This document shows positions 24,355-35,849 of a stretch of DNA of 64,000 nt, one piece after another (position 1 is the first letter of the stretch; each line of letters begins with the position of its first letter). Below the pieces are notes generated by a model. The model saw only the letters and a program-made list of their open reading frames with translations, ran no database searches and was not told where the DNA came from. Source of the stretch: Squalus acanthias (taxonomy: Eukaryota); contig CM059432.1 of the NCBI GenBank assembly GCA_030390025.1, positions 65,660,001 through 65,724,000 of the forward strand. Direction: 5' to 3'. The translations under genes were made by a program, and so were the position numbers.

Positions 24355-25102
24355 AATAACAACAGAAAACGCTGGAAAAACTCAGCAGGCCAGGCAACAT
24401 CCGTGGAGAGAGAAACAGAGTTAACGTTTCAGGTCGAAACCCTTCGTCGGACTGAGAGAAGAGCAGGAAATTAAACAGATAAAAATGCGTTCAGTCCGTA
24501 AGGGGGACCCCGAGCTCCGGTGGCCTGTCACTTTAATTCACCCCTCCACGCCCACTCAGACCTCACCGTCCTCGGCCTCGTGCATTGTTCCACGGAAGCT
24601 CAGCGTAAGCTCGAGGAACAGCACCTCATCTTTCGTTTAGGCACTTTACAGCCTTCCAGACTCAATATCGAGTTCAACAATTTCAGATCATAACCCCGGC
24701 CCCTACCACATACATGTACATTTTATCCACCCTTTTGGTCCGTGCCTTTTTCCTTTTTTTTCTCTCTCGCCCTACGGCAGCTGTCTCTCATTCTGCCAGC
24801 ATTTCACACCTCACCTTTTGTTTCTTAACCTGTCCCATTACCATCTCGTCTTGCCTTGAGCATCTCTTAATGTCTCTACTTACCATAGACCAACCCTTTT
24901 GTTCTTTTATTCCTCCCCCCAGCCTCCCCTTGCATTTTTATCTGTTTAATTTCCTGCTCTTCTCTCAGTTCCGACGAAGGGTTTCGACCTGAAACGTTAA
25001 CTCTGTTTCTCTCTCCACGGATGTTGCCTGGCCTGCTGAGTTTTTCCAGCGTTTTCTGTTGTTATTTCGGATTTCCAGCATCTGCAGTATTTTGCTATCG
25101 TA
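24355..25102 (+). mobile_element. 5'-truncated Penelope element with inverted 3' segment at its 5' end
   Basis: 14-bp TSD CATGTATTATGAGA (24341-24354, 25103-25116). Near-identical inverted arms at 24353-24488 and 24932-25068. GIY-YIG C-terminal coding remnant (VACHFNS, KLEEQHLIFRLG). Confidence 0.92.
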
Positions 25103-25107
25103 CATGT

Positions 25108-25171
25108 ATTATGAGAGTCTGACTGGGAATAACAAAACAATTATGAGAGTCTGACTAGGAATAACAAAACA
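25108..25171. repeat. 32-bp tandem duplication
   Basis: attatgagagtctgactRggaataacaaaaca x2, overlapping the right TSD of the Penelope copy. Confidence 0.85.
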
Positions 25172-25446
25172 GTCATTAACGACTCAATGTGGTACTAAGC
25201 ATATCTTAAATTATCTTAATGTGGGTTGAGGAACAAGATAAACACTACAAATAAAGGAAAGCCATAATAATAATGAAGGTGTCTCAAGCTTCTGAATAAT
25301 TTGTTTGAATTGAGGCCTTTAGGCAGTCACTTATGAGCCTAATCTGTCAGACAGATAAATATCACCAATTCTATATGCCCAATAGCATCATTGTTATGAA
25401 AGCTACAATATCAGGAGTAGAATAAACAAATGGATTATCTTTGAAA

Positions 25447-26675
25447 CAAAAAGAAAATACTGCAGATGCTGGAAATCTGAAATAAAAACAGAAAATGCTG
25501 GAGAAACTCAGCAGGTCAGGCAGCATCTGTGAAGAGAGAGAAACAGAGTTAACGTTTCAGGTCGATGACCTTTCGTCAGAACTGGAAAAAAGCAGGAAAT
25601 GGAACAGATTTTTAAGCAAGTGTAGAGGCTGGGAAAGAGGGGAGGGGATGAAAGAACAAAAGGGAAGGTCTGTGATAGGATAGAAGGTGGAAGAGGTTAA
25701 GAGACATTAAGAGATATTCAAGGCAAAAGGAGATGGTAATGGGACAGGTTAAGAAACAAAGGATGGCTCTAGATGAAGTGTAAATTGCGCTGGCAGAATG
25801 AAAGACAGCTGCCATGTGGGGGAGAAGAAAAAAAGACAGACAAAGAGTGTGGATAAAAAATAAATATATATATGATAGGGGCCAAGGTTATGATCTGAAA
25901 TTGTTGAACTCTATGTTGAGTCCGGAAGGCTATAAAGTGCCTAATCAAAAGATGAGGTGCTGTTCCTCGAGCTTATGCTGAGCTTCCGTGGAACAATGCA
26001 AGAGGCCGAGGACGGTGAGGTCTGAGTGGGAGTGGAGCGGTGAATTAAAGTGACAGGCGACCAGAAGCTCGGGGTCCCCCTTGCGAACTGAACGGAGGTG
26101 TTCCGCAAAGCGGTCACCCAATCTGCGTTTGGTCTCCCCAATGTAGAGGAGACCGCATTGTGAGCAGCGAATACAGTATACTAAATTGCAAGAAGTACAA
26201 GTAAATCGCTGTTTCACCTGGAAGAGGTGTTTGGGGCCCTGGACAGTGGGAAGGGGGGAGGTATAAGGGCATGTGTTGCATCTCCTGCGCTTGCACGGGA
26301 AGGTGCCGAGCGAAGGGGAAGGGGTGTTGGGGGTGATAGAGGAGTGGACAAGGGTGTCTCGGAGGGAGCGGTCACTTCGGAATGCTGAAAGGGGAGGTGA
26401 GGGGAAGATGTGTTTGGTGGTGGGATCACGCTGGAGGTGGTGGAAATGGCGGAGGATGATCCGTTGAATGTGAAGGCTGGTGGGGTGAAAGGTGAGGGCA
26501 AGGGGAACTCTGTCGTGCTTCCGGGAGGGAGGGGCGGGGGTGAGGGCAGAAGTGCGGGAAATAGAACGGACACGGTCGAGGGCCGTGTCGACCACGGTAG
26601 AGGGGAATCCTCGGTTGAGGAAAAAGGAAGACATGTCAGAAGCACTGGTATGGAAGGTGGCATTGTCAGATCCAC
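25447..26675 (-). mobile_element. 5'-truncated Penelope element with GIY-YIG endonuclease
   Basis: ORF 25945-26634: C..RRCNTC, LVYCIRCSQCGLLYIGETKRRLGDRFAEH. 12-bp TSD TTATCTTTGAAA (25435-25446, 26676-26687). Confidence 0.95.
25547..25583 (-). ncRNA. Minimal type I hammerhead ribozyme with intact core
   Basis: The minus strand reads AGTT-CTGACGA-A-AGGTC(atc)GACCT-GAA-ACGT-T-AACT. Confidence 0.75.
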
Positions 26676-26743
26676 TTATCTTTGAAAAGTGTGTTGAGAA
26701 TAAGAAAACTTAGGTCTGAATCTTGAATTTAACATGATTCCAA

Positions 26744-27501
26744 GGTTTAGGAATTCCGTAGCGCCCCGTTTGGGGCGATAACTTTTGAAATCTCGGAAAA
26801 GTATCGCCAGGCGATAATCATTTTCTGGTCCCGGGAAATTGAGCTTTAACGCTCCAAGAGGGAAGTGGAGCGCTAAATCAAGCGCTAACCACTTCTCTTA
26901 GGCGCTAAAGTGTGAGAGCGGGGCGGTAGCGGCAGAGCGCTGAACAATGTGGAGTGCAAAGATACCGGCATCGGAGGCTGCTCCCCTCGCTTAAAGGGAA
27001 GGGCCAATGATGGTGCACAACATACTTCTGCTCACTTCTGTGTTGCCAGGCAACCTGTACGACTGCCATTACAGCCCCAAACGCTCTCAGAGAGTGGAGA
27101 GCTTGGACATCTCGCAGCAATAAAGCATCGAAAACTTGCAGCAGGCACAAGACTGGAGCAAAGAATAAAGTTTGGCCTACCTGAAAACCACTGCTTTTAA
27201 TTAGCGCTCCCCAAGCGGCCAGCTGAGATGACAACGCCTCCTCTTCCCGCCCGGCAATACAGCAGGGGGCGGGAGGCAATTTCACATCCGGGGCGGTAAC
27301 GGGACGCTGCGCACTTTATGATGTCACGATCTGCGAGGCGCTAGAGGGTGAGGTGGTAAGTGTTTGCGCCAGCACTAAACCAGCAGGGAGGTTCGCGGGT
27401 GTCGCTGAATTCGCCGCACCCAGTCGCTAACCCCTTAGCGCCCCGTTACTGCCCCTCCCCAGGCACTAACAGGAGGAGCAAAGCAGCCAAATTTCTCCCC
27501 C
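26744..27501. mobile_element. Harbinger-type MITE, CpG-rich
   Basis: The right TIR AAATTTCTCCCCC matches Harbinger copy 3. The left TIR is degenerate (GGTTTAGGAATT). Flanks CAA/TAA. Confidence 0.7.
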
Positions 27502-27644
27502 TAAGTGTTTAAAATCTCTGTCAGTTCATCGATGCAGTGCAAAGTGTACAGTAACTCCTTGCGTTGTCTGTGTGTATCTTGTGTTACAGTACATGGAATG
27601 CAGGCCAGTTTAATATTATGCTTCTTGTGGAAAAATGTGCAGAA

Positions 27645-27755
27645 CTACGGGGAAAGAACAAGGGAGTGGGACTAATTGGATAGCTCTTTCAAATAGCCGG
27701 CACAGGCACAATAGGCCAAATGGCTGCCTTCTGTGCTGTATGACTCTATGATTGT
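27645..27755 (+). mobile_element. CR1 3'-UTR fragment
   Basis: ggccaaatggctgccttctgtgctgtatgactctatga, typical of the CR1 tails in this window. Confidence 0.65.
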
Positions 27756-27903
27756 ATAGATTTATTTCGTTTTTGTGTGATGCTTGATAGCATTTCAGAT
27801 ACAGGAAATAAAATAAAATAAAAGTTTTAACTGTCAATTCTATATTTGGCTGAGCAGCAAAACCATTGTAGGACATGCTGTCCTGTAGCTTGTAATATAC
27901 ATT

Positions 27904-28647
27904 GGCCCAGAAATTGATCTCGCTCTGTTTCCGCGGGGGTAAGGCTTCCCCGCGATCTCTCACTCCGCGTTGGCTTTTTCAGATCCAGCTCGCACGAACT
28001 TGATGTTCTAGACATCAGCTGGGCAGTGTTTGCGTATCCCACCGGCGTAGTGAATTCGTGCGAGCTGTGGGATCACGTGACTCAGTTAGAGCCAATGGCA
28101 GCACACCATCTTCCATTCATAAGTTTCACATACGTGCTGTGAAAGCTATGAATCTTACACCCCCCCAAAATAACAGCTAAACCTCAATTAAATTAAAAAA
28201 AAAAACCATCACATTAATAAAATAAGTATAGTTAAATAAATTAACCATTTTAAATAAAAAATTAAATTTTTGAAAAAATTTAAAATCTTTTAAAAAGTTA
28301 TAAAAATAAACTTACCTGTCTTTAAAGTCTCTAAAAAAGATATACCTGTTAAAAAAAATTCAAAATAATACTTAATTCACTACTTACCTTGTTAAAAGTG
28401 GGTCTTACTCCTCCTTTTTTCATTTCTAAAATCTTCCGTCCTTACCTGCGCGTCCAAAGCACTAAGTGCACAGCGTGCGCGCAGCCTGTAGCGCGTACGC
28501 GGTGCACCGAGGAACCGCCCCCTTTTCCAAAGACCAAGTGCCGGTTTTCAGCGCATGCGCAGTGCATGCAGAAAACTGGCAATTGGAGAGAGAATACGCG
28601 AGAGTACACAGTGCGTACTCTCGCGCAGCGGGATCAATTTTTGGCCC
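27904..28647. mobile_element. Harbinger-type MITE (744 bp), related to 59746-60503
   Basis: TIR GGCCCAGAAATTGATC / GATCAATTTTTGGCCC, perfect ATT TSD, AT-rich core shared with the 59.7-kb copy. Confidence 0.9.
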
Positions 28648-30246
28648 ATTATTTCTTTAAGAAAATAAAAATGCCAGAGAGTAAAGGAAAATATAGTTGT
28701 AATGAATCGGAGATCAACTTGATTCCACAATCCTGAAAATAAATATAGTCACATGATCTATTTCACAGGTGACAATTGGTCATTGGTGTACTGTTAGCAG
28801 AGTTGGTAACATTGAACAATAGCTTAACCACTTTTTCATGGGACCATTCAAATAATAGTGGAGTAAATGGGTTGAATTTAAAAGAAAACTACAAAGACAT
28901 TCATGTCCAGGTCACAACCATTAAAAGCCATATCATTGCATAGATATAATTTCTGACAGTGCTGAATCACAATCCAATGAAGTGAATTAAAAAATCTTTA
29001 AAAGCAGTGAAATGAGAAACAGATGCTAGTCAATTAAGGCCAATATCTGACGATCAGATTGCAACAATACACTTCAGGTGGCATTCATCATACAATAATT
29101 CAAACTGTTTTACACCCTGATTTATGTTAAATCACAACAGGAGATTAGCTGAAAGGGATTTATATTCAATTCAAACATTGTACCGCAATAGGCTTTAAAA
29201 CTAATAACTGATGAAGTATTTTTACAAACTGCATACTAAACCAAAACTTGAAAAGTGAACTGTCAGATTAGCACCCACATTTTCTTACTGCAGTTAAACC
29301 TTGGCTCCCAGTTTCTGATAGTATTGGGCTGGCCACAGGGTCATAATAGGAAAGATTTATATACCGGAGGTTTAATACTTTCCAGATTCATAATTTCATA
29401 CTCATTCACCACTTGCTGTCACATGCTTCCCACTAATGTTTTCAAATGCTCCTTAACATTGAGCATATGTTGAAAGATACACATCTCATTTCAATGTGCC
29501 AAGACTCTTATCTTCACAAGACCACATACATTTGTAAACTACTGTAATATGTAAAATAACTAATGCAGATACAGTGGTGGTTAATTATTAGCGATTGACT
29601 AGCCATTTGTTTGATACTCTCTAAAATAGACTATGAAACAAAAGAAAAGGGGTAAAATTAGAATAAACTTGAACTAAATAGAAGACATGCTGCATGCTTC
29701 TAGTTTAACATCATATTTACACAAGTGGAAGTGACTATACAGCATACAAGGTGATGTGTTCAGCAGAGCCCGTGTTGTACAACTTGTAGCCATAACATAT
29801 GACGATAAATTATGTAAGGCTCATTTCCCATTGTGCAGCCTCACTTGGCAAGAGGGCAAGAGAATCAGACATGAGGTCAGTGTGCCTGATTAGTGGCTAT
29901 CATCATTTTCCAGTGGAATTATGAGCACCATGAATTGTGCACACTGACCTCCACACCCCATTCTCCGATCAATGCTCCTGTCAAGGGAGACTTCAAGCCA
30001 CGAGCATAGCCTCTCAAAATTTACCCGATAGCATTGACACAATGAGTTCTACAAAATTCTGCCACTTTAGTTGTACAAAAGAAGTTTCCTCACTTTGGAC
30101 TTCTTGTCCTCTCCGTGGAATACAAAATGGCTTTGTGTTTTGAAAGTCTTTGTATAACAATATTAAAATATAAATTATGATAATAAAAGAGTTTCCTATT
30201 TGCATCATCAAGATTAGAAGCTCTTACTTTGCATCTAGGTCTTACA

Positions 30247-30357
30247 TGCTGGAATTTTCAAATTTGGTGGGGTGTAAAATGGATAATGGAAAGGAAAAAC
30301 AGGCGGCAGATCCGGTATCCCCTGTTTTTTGCCTCCGCTAAAGTTGAAAGTTCTGCC
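30247..30357. mobile_element. Short degenerate MITE
   Basis: Imperfect inverted ends GCTGGAATTTTCAA / TTGAAAGTTCTGCC. Confidence 0.45.
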
Positions 30358-30499
30358 TATAAAGTCATATGTTGCCACAGAATCATGGAAATCTCATCAC
30401 AGATGGAAGCTATTCAGCCCATCGTGCCTGTGCCCGTGCTAGGTTCACACCAGAGCTATCGACTATTATCCTCACCGTGTATTGTAGGAGGTATGTGCA

Positions 30500-30685
30500 G
30501 ATGGGAGCAGGAAGTTACAAAGGGACAAGGACAGTTTAAGTGAGTGGGCAAAACTGTGCCAGCTGAAGTTCAATGTGGGGAAATGTGAGGTCATCCATTT
30601 GGATCCAAAAAAGACAAATCGGAATATTTTCTTATTGGTGAGAGACTAGGAATTGTGGAGGAGCAAAAGCAATGTGAGAGACTAG
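30500..30685 (+). mobile_element. Old CR1 RT fragment
   Basis: Translates as LSEWAKLCQLKFNVGKCEVIH. Confidence 0.75.
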
Positions 30686-30749
30686 TGCTTTCTCAGGGCA
30701 GTGAATTCACAATCTAAAGATTCCTCAGTTGAATTGTAACTGTCTGAAC

Positions 30750-31215
30750 CAACAACTTGCATTTATATAGTGCTTTTTACGTAGGAAAACGTTATAAGGT
30801 GCTTCACAGAAGTGTAATCAGACAAAAATTGACATTGAGCCAAAGAGGGGTGACTAAAAGCTTGGTTAAAGAGATAGGTTTTAAAAAGGATCTTAAAGAA
30901 GAGGTGGTGAGGTGGAGGTTTAGGGAGGCAGTTCCAGAGCTTTGGGCCTAGACAGCTGAAATTGTAGCCGCTAATAGCGGGGCGATAGGTGTGGGGTTGC
31001 GTAAGAGGCCAGATTTGGAGAAATGCAGAGTTCTCGGAGAGTTGTAGGGCTGGAGGAGGTTACAGAGATAGAGAATAGTGAGGCCATGAAGGGATTTGAA
31101 CACAAGGATGAGAAATTTAAATTTGTGGATGAGGAGTCAATTTAAGTCAGCGAGCATAGGGTGATGGGTGGTTAAGATGCAGGCAACAGAACTTTGGTGA
31201 GCTAAAGTTTATGGA
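30750..31215 (-). mobile_element. L2-clade LINE 3' fragment
   Basis: The reverse complement aligns with the 3' part of the L2 at 53655-54679, including the GTT-repeat tail. Confidence 0.8.
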
Positions 31216-31249
31216 CCTTGCAAAGTAGGACCCAACTTTTTCGCTTCAA

Positions 31250-31734
31250 AGGAAGAAAAAAAAGAAAAAACAAAGACTTGAATTTCTATAGTGCCTTTCA
31301 CGACCACCGAACATCTCAAAGCACTTTACAGCCAATGAAGTACTTTTGGAGTGTAGTCACTGTTGTAATGTGGGAAACGCAGCAGCCAATTTGTGCACAG
31401 CAAGCTCCCACAAACAGCAATGTGATAATGACTAGATAATCTGTTTTTTTTGTTATGTTGATTGAGGGATAAATATTGGCCAGGACACCGGGGATAACTC
31501 CCCTGCTCGTCTTCGAAATAGTGCCATGTGATCTTTTACGTCCACCTGAGAGAGCAGACAGGGCCTCGGTTTAACGTCTCATCTGAAAGACAGCACCTCC
31601 AACAGTACAGCACTCCCTTAGCACTGCAATGGAGTGTCAGCCTAGCTTTATGTGCTCAAGTCGCTGGAGTGGGACTTGAACCCACAACCTTCTGACTCAG
31701 AGGCGAGTGTGCTACCCACTGAGCCACAGCTGAC
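31250..31734 (-). mobile_element. Full-length tRNA-derived DeuSINE-type SINE (SacSINE1-like) with L2-like tail
   Basis: A box TGGCTCAGTGG (31716-31726) and B box GGTTCAAGTCC (31672-31682). The central GGGGAGTTATCCCCGGTGTCCTGGCCAATATT resembles the Deu domain as recalled. The tail resembles the L2 tail. Confidence 0.85.
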
Positions 31735-32435
31735 ACTAGGCCTATGGAAAGAGGTGGCCTTGGCATTAGGTGTTGTTTCCAGTAACCTCCTCACTGCTAC
31801 TCAATGCCAGAAGTTCATTGACCTTTCCATGGCAGCCAAAATAACAGACTCAGTCATACCTTGCAACAGTACACTGCAATAATCATGTTTCCCAGTTGCA
31901 GCCACCTTGCCCTCATTGTATCGAACACGATCTGCAATTTACCACTTGCGTGAAGGAGATACCACAATATCCTTCACACCTTCTTCCATCTCCTATAAGT
32001 GTTCCTTTACTCACAGTTGAATGCATAGGGAAGTAGCGGAAGACTCACATGATAGATATTTCGTCATCAGAACATGTTTAAGAATGCTTTCTGAAATCTG
32101 GGCTCCATTCCATGTGATGTTATCCAGAATGCCCACTCTGACTTTCTTCTTAAATTGAAAAATGGCCCATAACTAAAGACAGGTACCATCTCAATCCCCC
32201 AAGGCTTCTGCTGTAAATTATCAGCCAGCTTCCTCAGAACCTCATGCCACTGTAGGAGAAATTGAAGGCTAGAACTGAAGGGCACACAAGGGGAAGCACA
32301 GTGGTCTTCAACAGTACGATGGTTGTCAGATTTGTTTTCAGTGAGATGTTTTTGTCATTGACAGTATATGTACAGAAATATTTGGAGTAAGGTGAGGCAA
32401 TGTTTGCACAAAGCAATAACAGAATGATCTCTAAA

Positions 32436-32700
32436 TTTTTTGTTCATTCATTCTTGGGATGTGGGCATTGCTGGTAAGGGCGGCATTTTATTGCCCATCC
32501 TTAAATACCCTAAGTTTGATACAACTAAATGGTTTTCTAGCCACTTTAGAGGGTAGTTAAGAGTTAACCATATTGGTGTTGATTTGAGTCACATATAGGC
32601 CAGACCGGGTAAGGACTACAAGTTTCCTTTCGTAAAGGACACTAGTGAATCAAGTGCGTTTTGGTGACAATCTGACAGCTTTATGGTCATTTTTACTGTA
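32436..32700 (-). mobile_element. 5'-truncated SINE with LINE family 'B' 3' tail
   Basis: The tail matches 17020-17086. The body (aaggacactagtgaa...gacaatc...atggtca) matches the SINE piece at 44905-44975. Confidence 0.75.
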
Positions 32701-34614
32701 CAAAATGGGAGTCTTGGTGGTCAGGGAGGAGAGCTACATGTCAGCCAGAGTTAAGTTTGCTGCCAAATGTGGACCACGATGGCAGGATTCATTTTTCAGG
32801 GGCTCAGATCTTAGCTGAAGGTCTTTCTTACAAGCTGTGCCAACAGCTGTTTAGCAGCTTGCATAACTCAGTTATTGTTTCACGGGGGGTGGGCAGCTTT
32901 CTGAAGTAATGCTGAGGAGTCACAGTGAAGTAGCTGTGCCTGGAACTGCAGAAAGGGAGGTGTGGGTAGCAGTTGGAAAGGGCCAGAGGCCATCTACAGC
33001 ACCTGTTTAGCCTGGCATCCCTGTGGTGATCAGCCTAATCCCTCTCATCCTCCTCAAAGTAGAGGAAGAGAAGAAGCCCTAAGGTACAAATCATTTCTAC
33101 CCAACATTAAACTTTAAAATCTTTAAAAAAATATTTTAAAATCTTTTTAATTATTTAAAAAAACTTAAACATACATTATTTCTTTGATATTTTGTTCTGC
33201 AAGAGTAGATAAACATTTCAGGAAGACAAGTTACAGGGAGAGAAGAAGGCAGTGGGAATAATTTGAGATTGTTCTAGCAACGAGCTGTCATAGACATGAT
33301 GCAATGAATTGCCTTCTCTTGTCCTGCAAACCTTTGTCATTCCATGGTTCTATTTATATCTATTAGTTGTTCCTCTACATCCTTCACTCACCTTTGTAAA
33401 TACAAATACAAAAGCCTTGTCAAGCATTTTTGCTATTCTTTCATTCTCCTGTGTAGGGTTACTGCCTGAGTGACTCGCTCCATCTTTGACTACCCTCTCG
33501 CTTTTAATGTGGTTAAAAAAAGCCTTTATTATCTTTTATGTTGACCATTAGTCTTTTTACATCCTTTCTCTTAACCCTTCATATCTCCCTTTTTGCTTCT
33601 CTTCTATTCTGGAGAGCCTCTAAAGATAGCATAATTTAATTCTTCCTTGTGAACCACAATTTGATCCTTGTAAACAGTAAAAGAATGTTACTTGCCTCCC
33701 AAAAAATGCTGCCAACCCATCAAACCCACTCCTTCCACAGACCATGCAAAACCTGTTATATCATGGACTTTGCCTCATCCATTTAATCTGCTTAGGGGAA
33801 GTTCTATAGAAGTACTCCCGAGCCACAAAGGTTATCAAACAACACTCTGCAACATTCATCCATTCTATATTGGAACCATCATGCCCTGTGGAGTGTTGGA
33901 CCACCTCAGTGCATACTTATCTCTGTAATCTTCAGCTCCTTCCCTAACTAGATATTGATCCAGCTGTTACTTTGAGGGAGTTAATCGGCACAGCCTTTTT
34001 CTGGGAATCTGTACACATATCCAGTACTCTGTGGGGGGTGGGGGTGGAATCTTGTCTCACTTTTGCCTCTTAACCAGTTTGAAAATATTTAAAATGGCAT
34101 TGGGCACACAAGCCTTCCAGAATTTCCATAATATCAATGCTTTTGAACAGCCTCAAAGATGTGATCTCATGCACGGGGTAATAAAAAAAAAGCTTAATTA
34201 ATGGAAACTGTCATTCGCAACAAATGGATTAACTAGGGATAAATTTTTATTTCAGTAAAAGCTTGTTGTGGCATATTTTGCGATGCAGTATGATGTGGCA
34301 TATCATGTTGTGGTTTTTCCTTTCCTATTTATGTAAGGGTGTTAGATGAGAAAGAAACAAAAGACAAATTAAAAATAAATAGCATGACATACATAACAAA
34401 TTCTCTTCTCCTAACTGGAGACATGAATTTAAGAATTGGACACATTTAAAACTACTTAAAACCATTTAAAAACTAATTGCATAGCTGCCTGTAGTATCCT
34501 ACTAATCAATAATTCAAAACTGCAAAATTCCTTACCATCCTTAGTCTTCCCTTCGTCGTACAATCTACAGATTTTAAATCGAAGTTTGGCCTAAACACTG
34601 CTTCTTGGCGTATC

Positions 34615-34835
34615 CCATAGGAACAGGTGTCGGCCATTCAGCCCCTCAAGCCGGCTCCGCCATTCAATTACATCATGGCTGATCCGTACCACAACTCCAT
34701 TTACCTGCCTTAGCTCCATATCCCTTGATATCCTTGCCTCGCAAAAATCTATCGATCTCAGTCTTGAAAGCTCCAATTGTCCCAGCATCCACAGCCTTTT
34801 GGGGGAGGGATTCCCAGATTTCTATTACCCTTTGT
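34615..34835 (-). mobile_element. CR1 3' end fragment
   Basis: RVIEIWESLPQKAVDAGTIGAFKTEIDRFL followed by the 3' UTR. Confidence 0.85.
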
Positions 34836-35849
34836 TCCCTCCTACCCTTTCCAGCCTTGATGGTGCCATGCATGATGAGTCTTTCTCCTAGATTTCTCAA
34901 TATTTTTTTAAAAAAACTGTACAAAGCAGCAATTTCATTGGTCAAGAGAACAACCATTACTGTGCAAGAGAAGCCTACATTCATGGGACATGATTAAAGT
35001 GCCAAACTTCAAATTCTTAAACTCCCACTATTACTTTACATTTGCTTTTGTCCCACGTACTAATGGTTATATGACTGTTCAGGTTTATTTTAAGTTGGAA
35101 TACGGGAGTTGGTGGTGATTAAAGCACAAGGCATTAAGCGTTTTCTCCCCAGTTCCTGTATAAAGCATGCTGGAGCATTCATTAGAACTTCAATAAGAGA
35201 TTGTTATGCTGGAAAAGTAGAAAAGTGGCATCAGCAAGCCAGTATATTGTAAATACTACATTAACCTTTTCAACCGATAGGACTAATCTAGAAAGTGGTC
35301 TGTTGATGCGACGTGTCTATTTTTCCAAATGTAACAACCTCTCATTATAGTTGTAATGAATGCTTCAGCATGCTTTATCTTTGTGCCTCCTCATTATAAT
35401 AGCCAAGAATATTAATATAATAAAAAGCTCTACTGTAATGGGAGTCTCATTAATCAAATGCCCTTATCATTAAAAGAAAACAGCATTAAATGTTTATGTA
35501 TTGATTCCAGTTGCAGTCACATATTCTGTAAGTGCAGAAGAATTAATAGTATTAATCCATTTCTAACCACTGAGTTGCACAAGTATAAAACTGGCCTACT
35601 ACACGGACTGAGTTCACTGTGTGACAAAAACAGTAATCACTCAAACAACCATAGCGATAGGTATCTGTTTCTAATCAGCATTCATCGCACAGGTCAGAAA
35701 ACTTAAATTGTAAGTTAAACCCTGGCTGTTTCTTTTTGCTAAAGTACTTCAGCTTTGGGGTCAGGGCTCAAATCCACCCCAGATTGTTGGGACAAAAGTT
35801 ATTGACGCCTGTATGGTTCCTGAATGAAATGAGTTTGGGCAGACTCAAT

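Noticed and set aside
31660..31734. tRNA gene (also 45030-45118)
   Set aside because: The A/B boxes continue into SINE bodies and no complete cloverleaf was found.
34534..34600. Minus-strand AG...LRF...GTAAGG segment as candidate exon 2
   Set aside because: About 55 nt rather than a 72-nt LRR exon, no LRR pattern after LRF, and a weak polypyrimidine tract.
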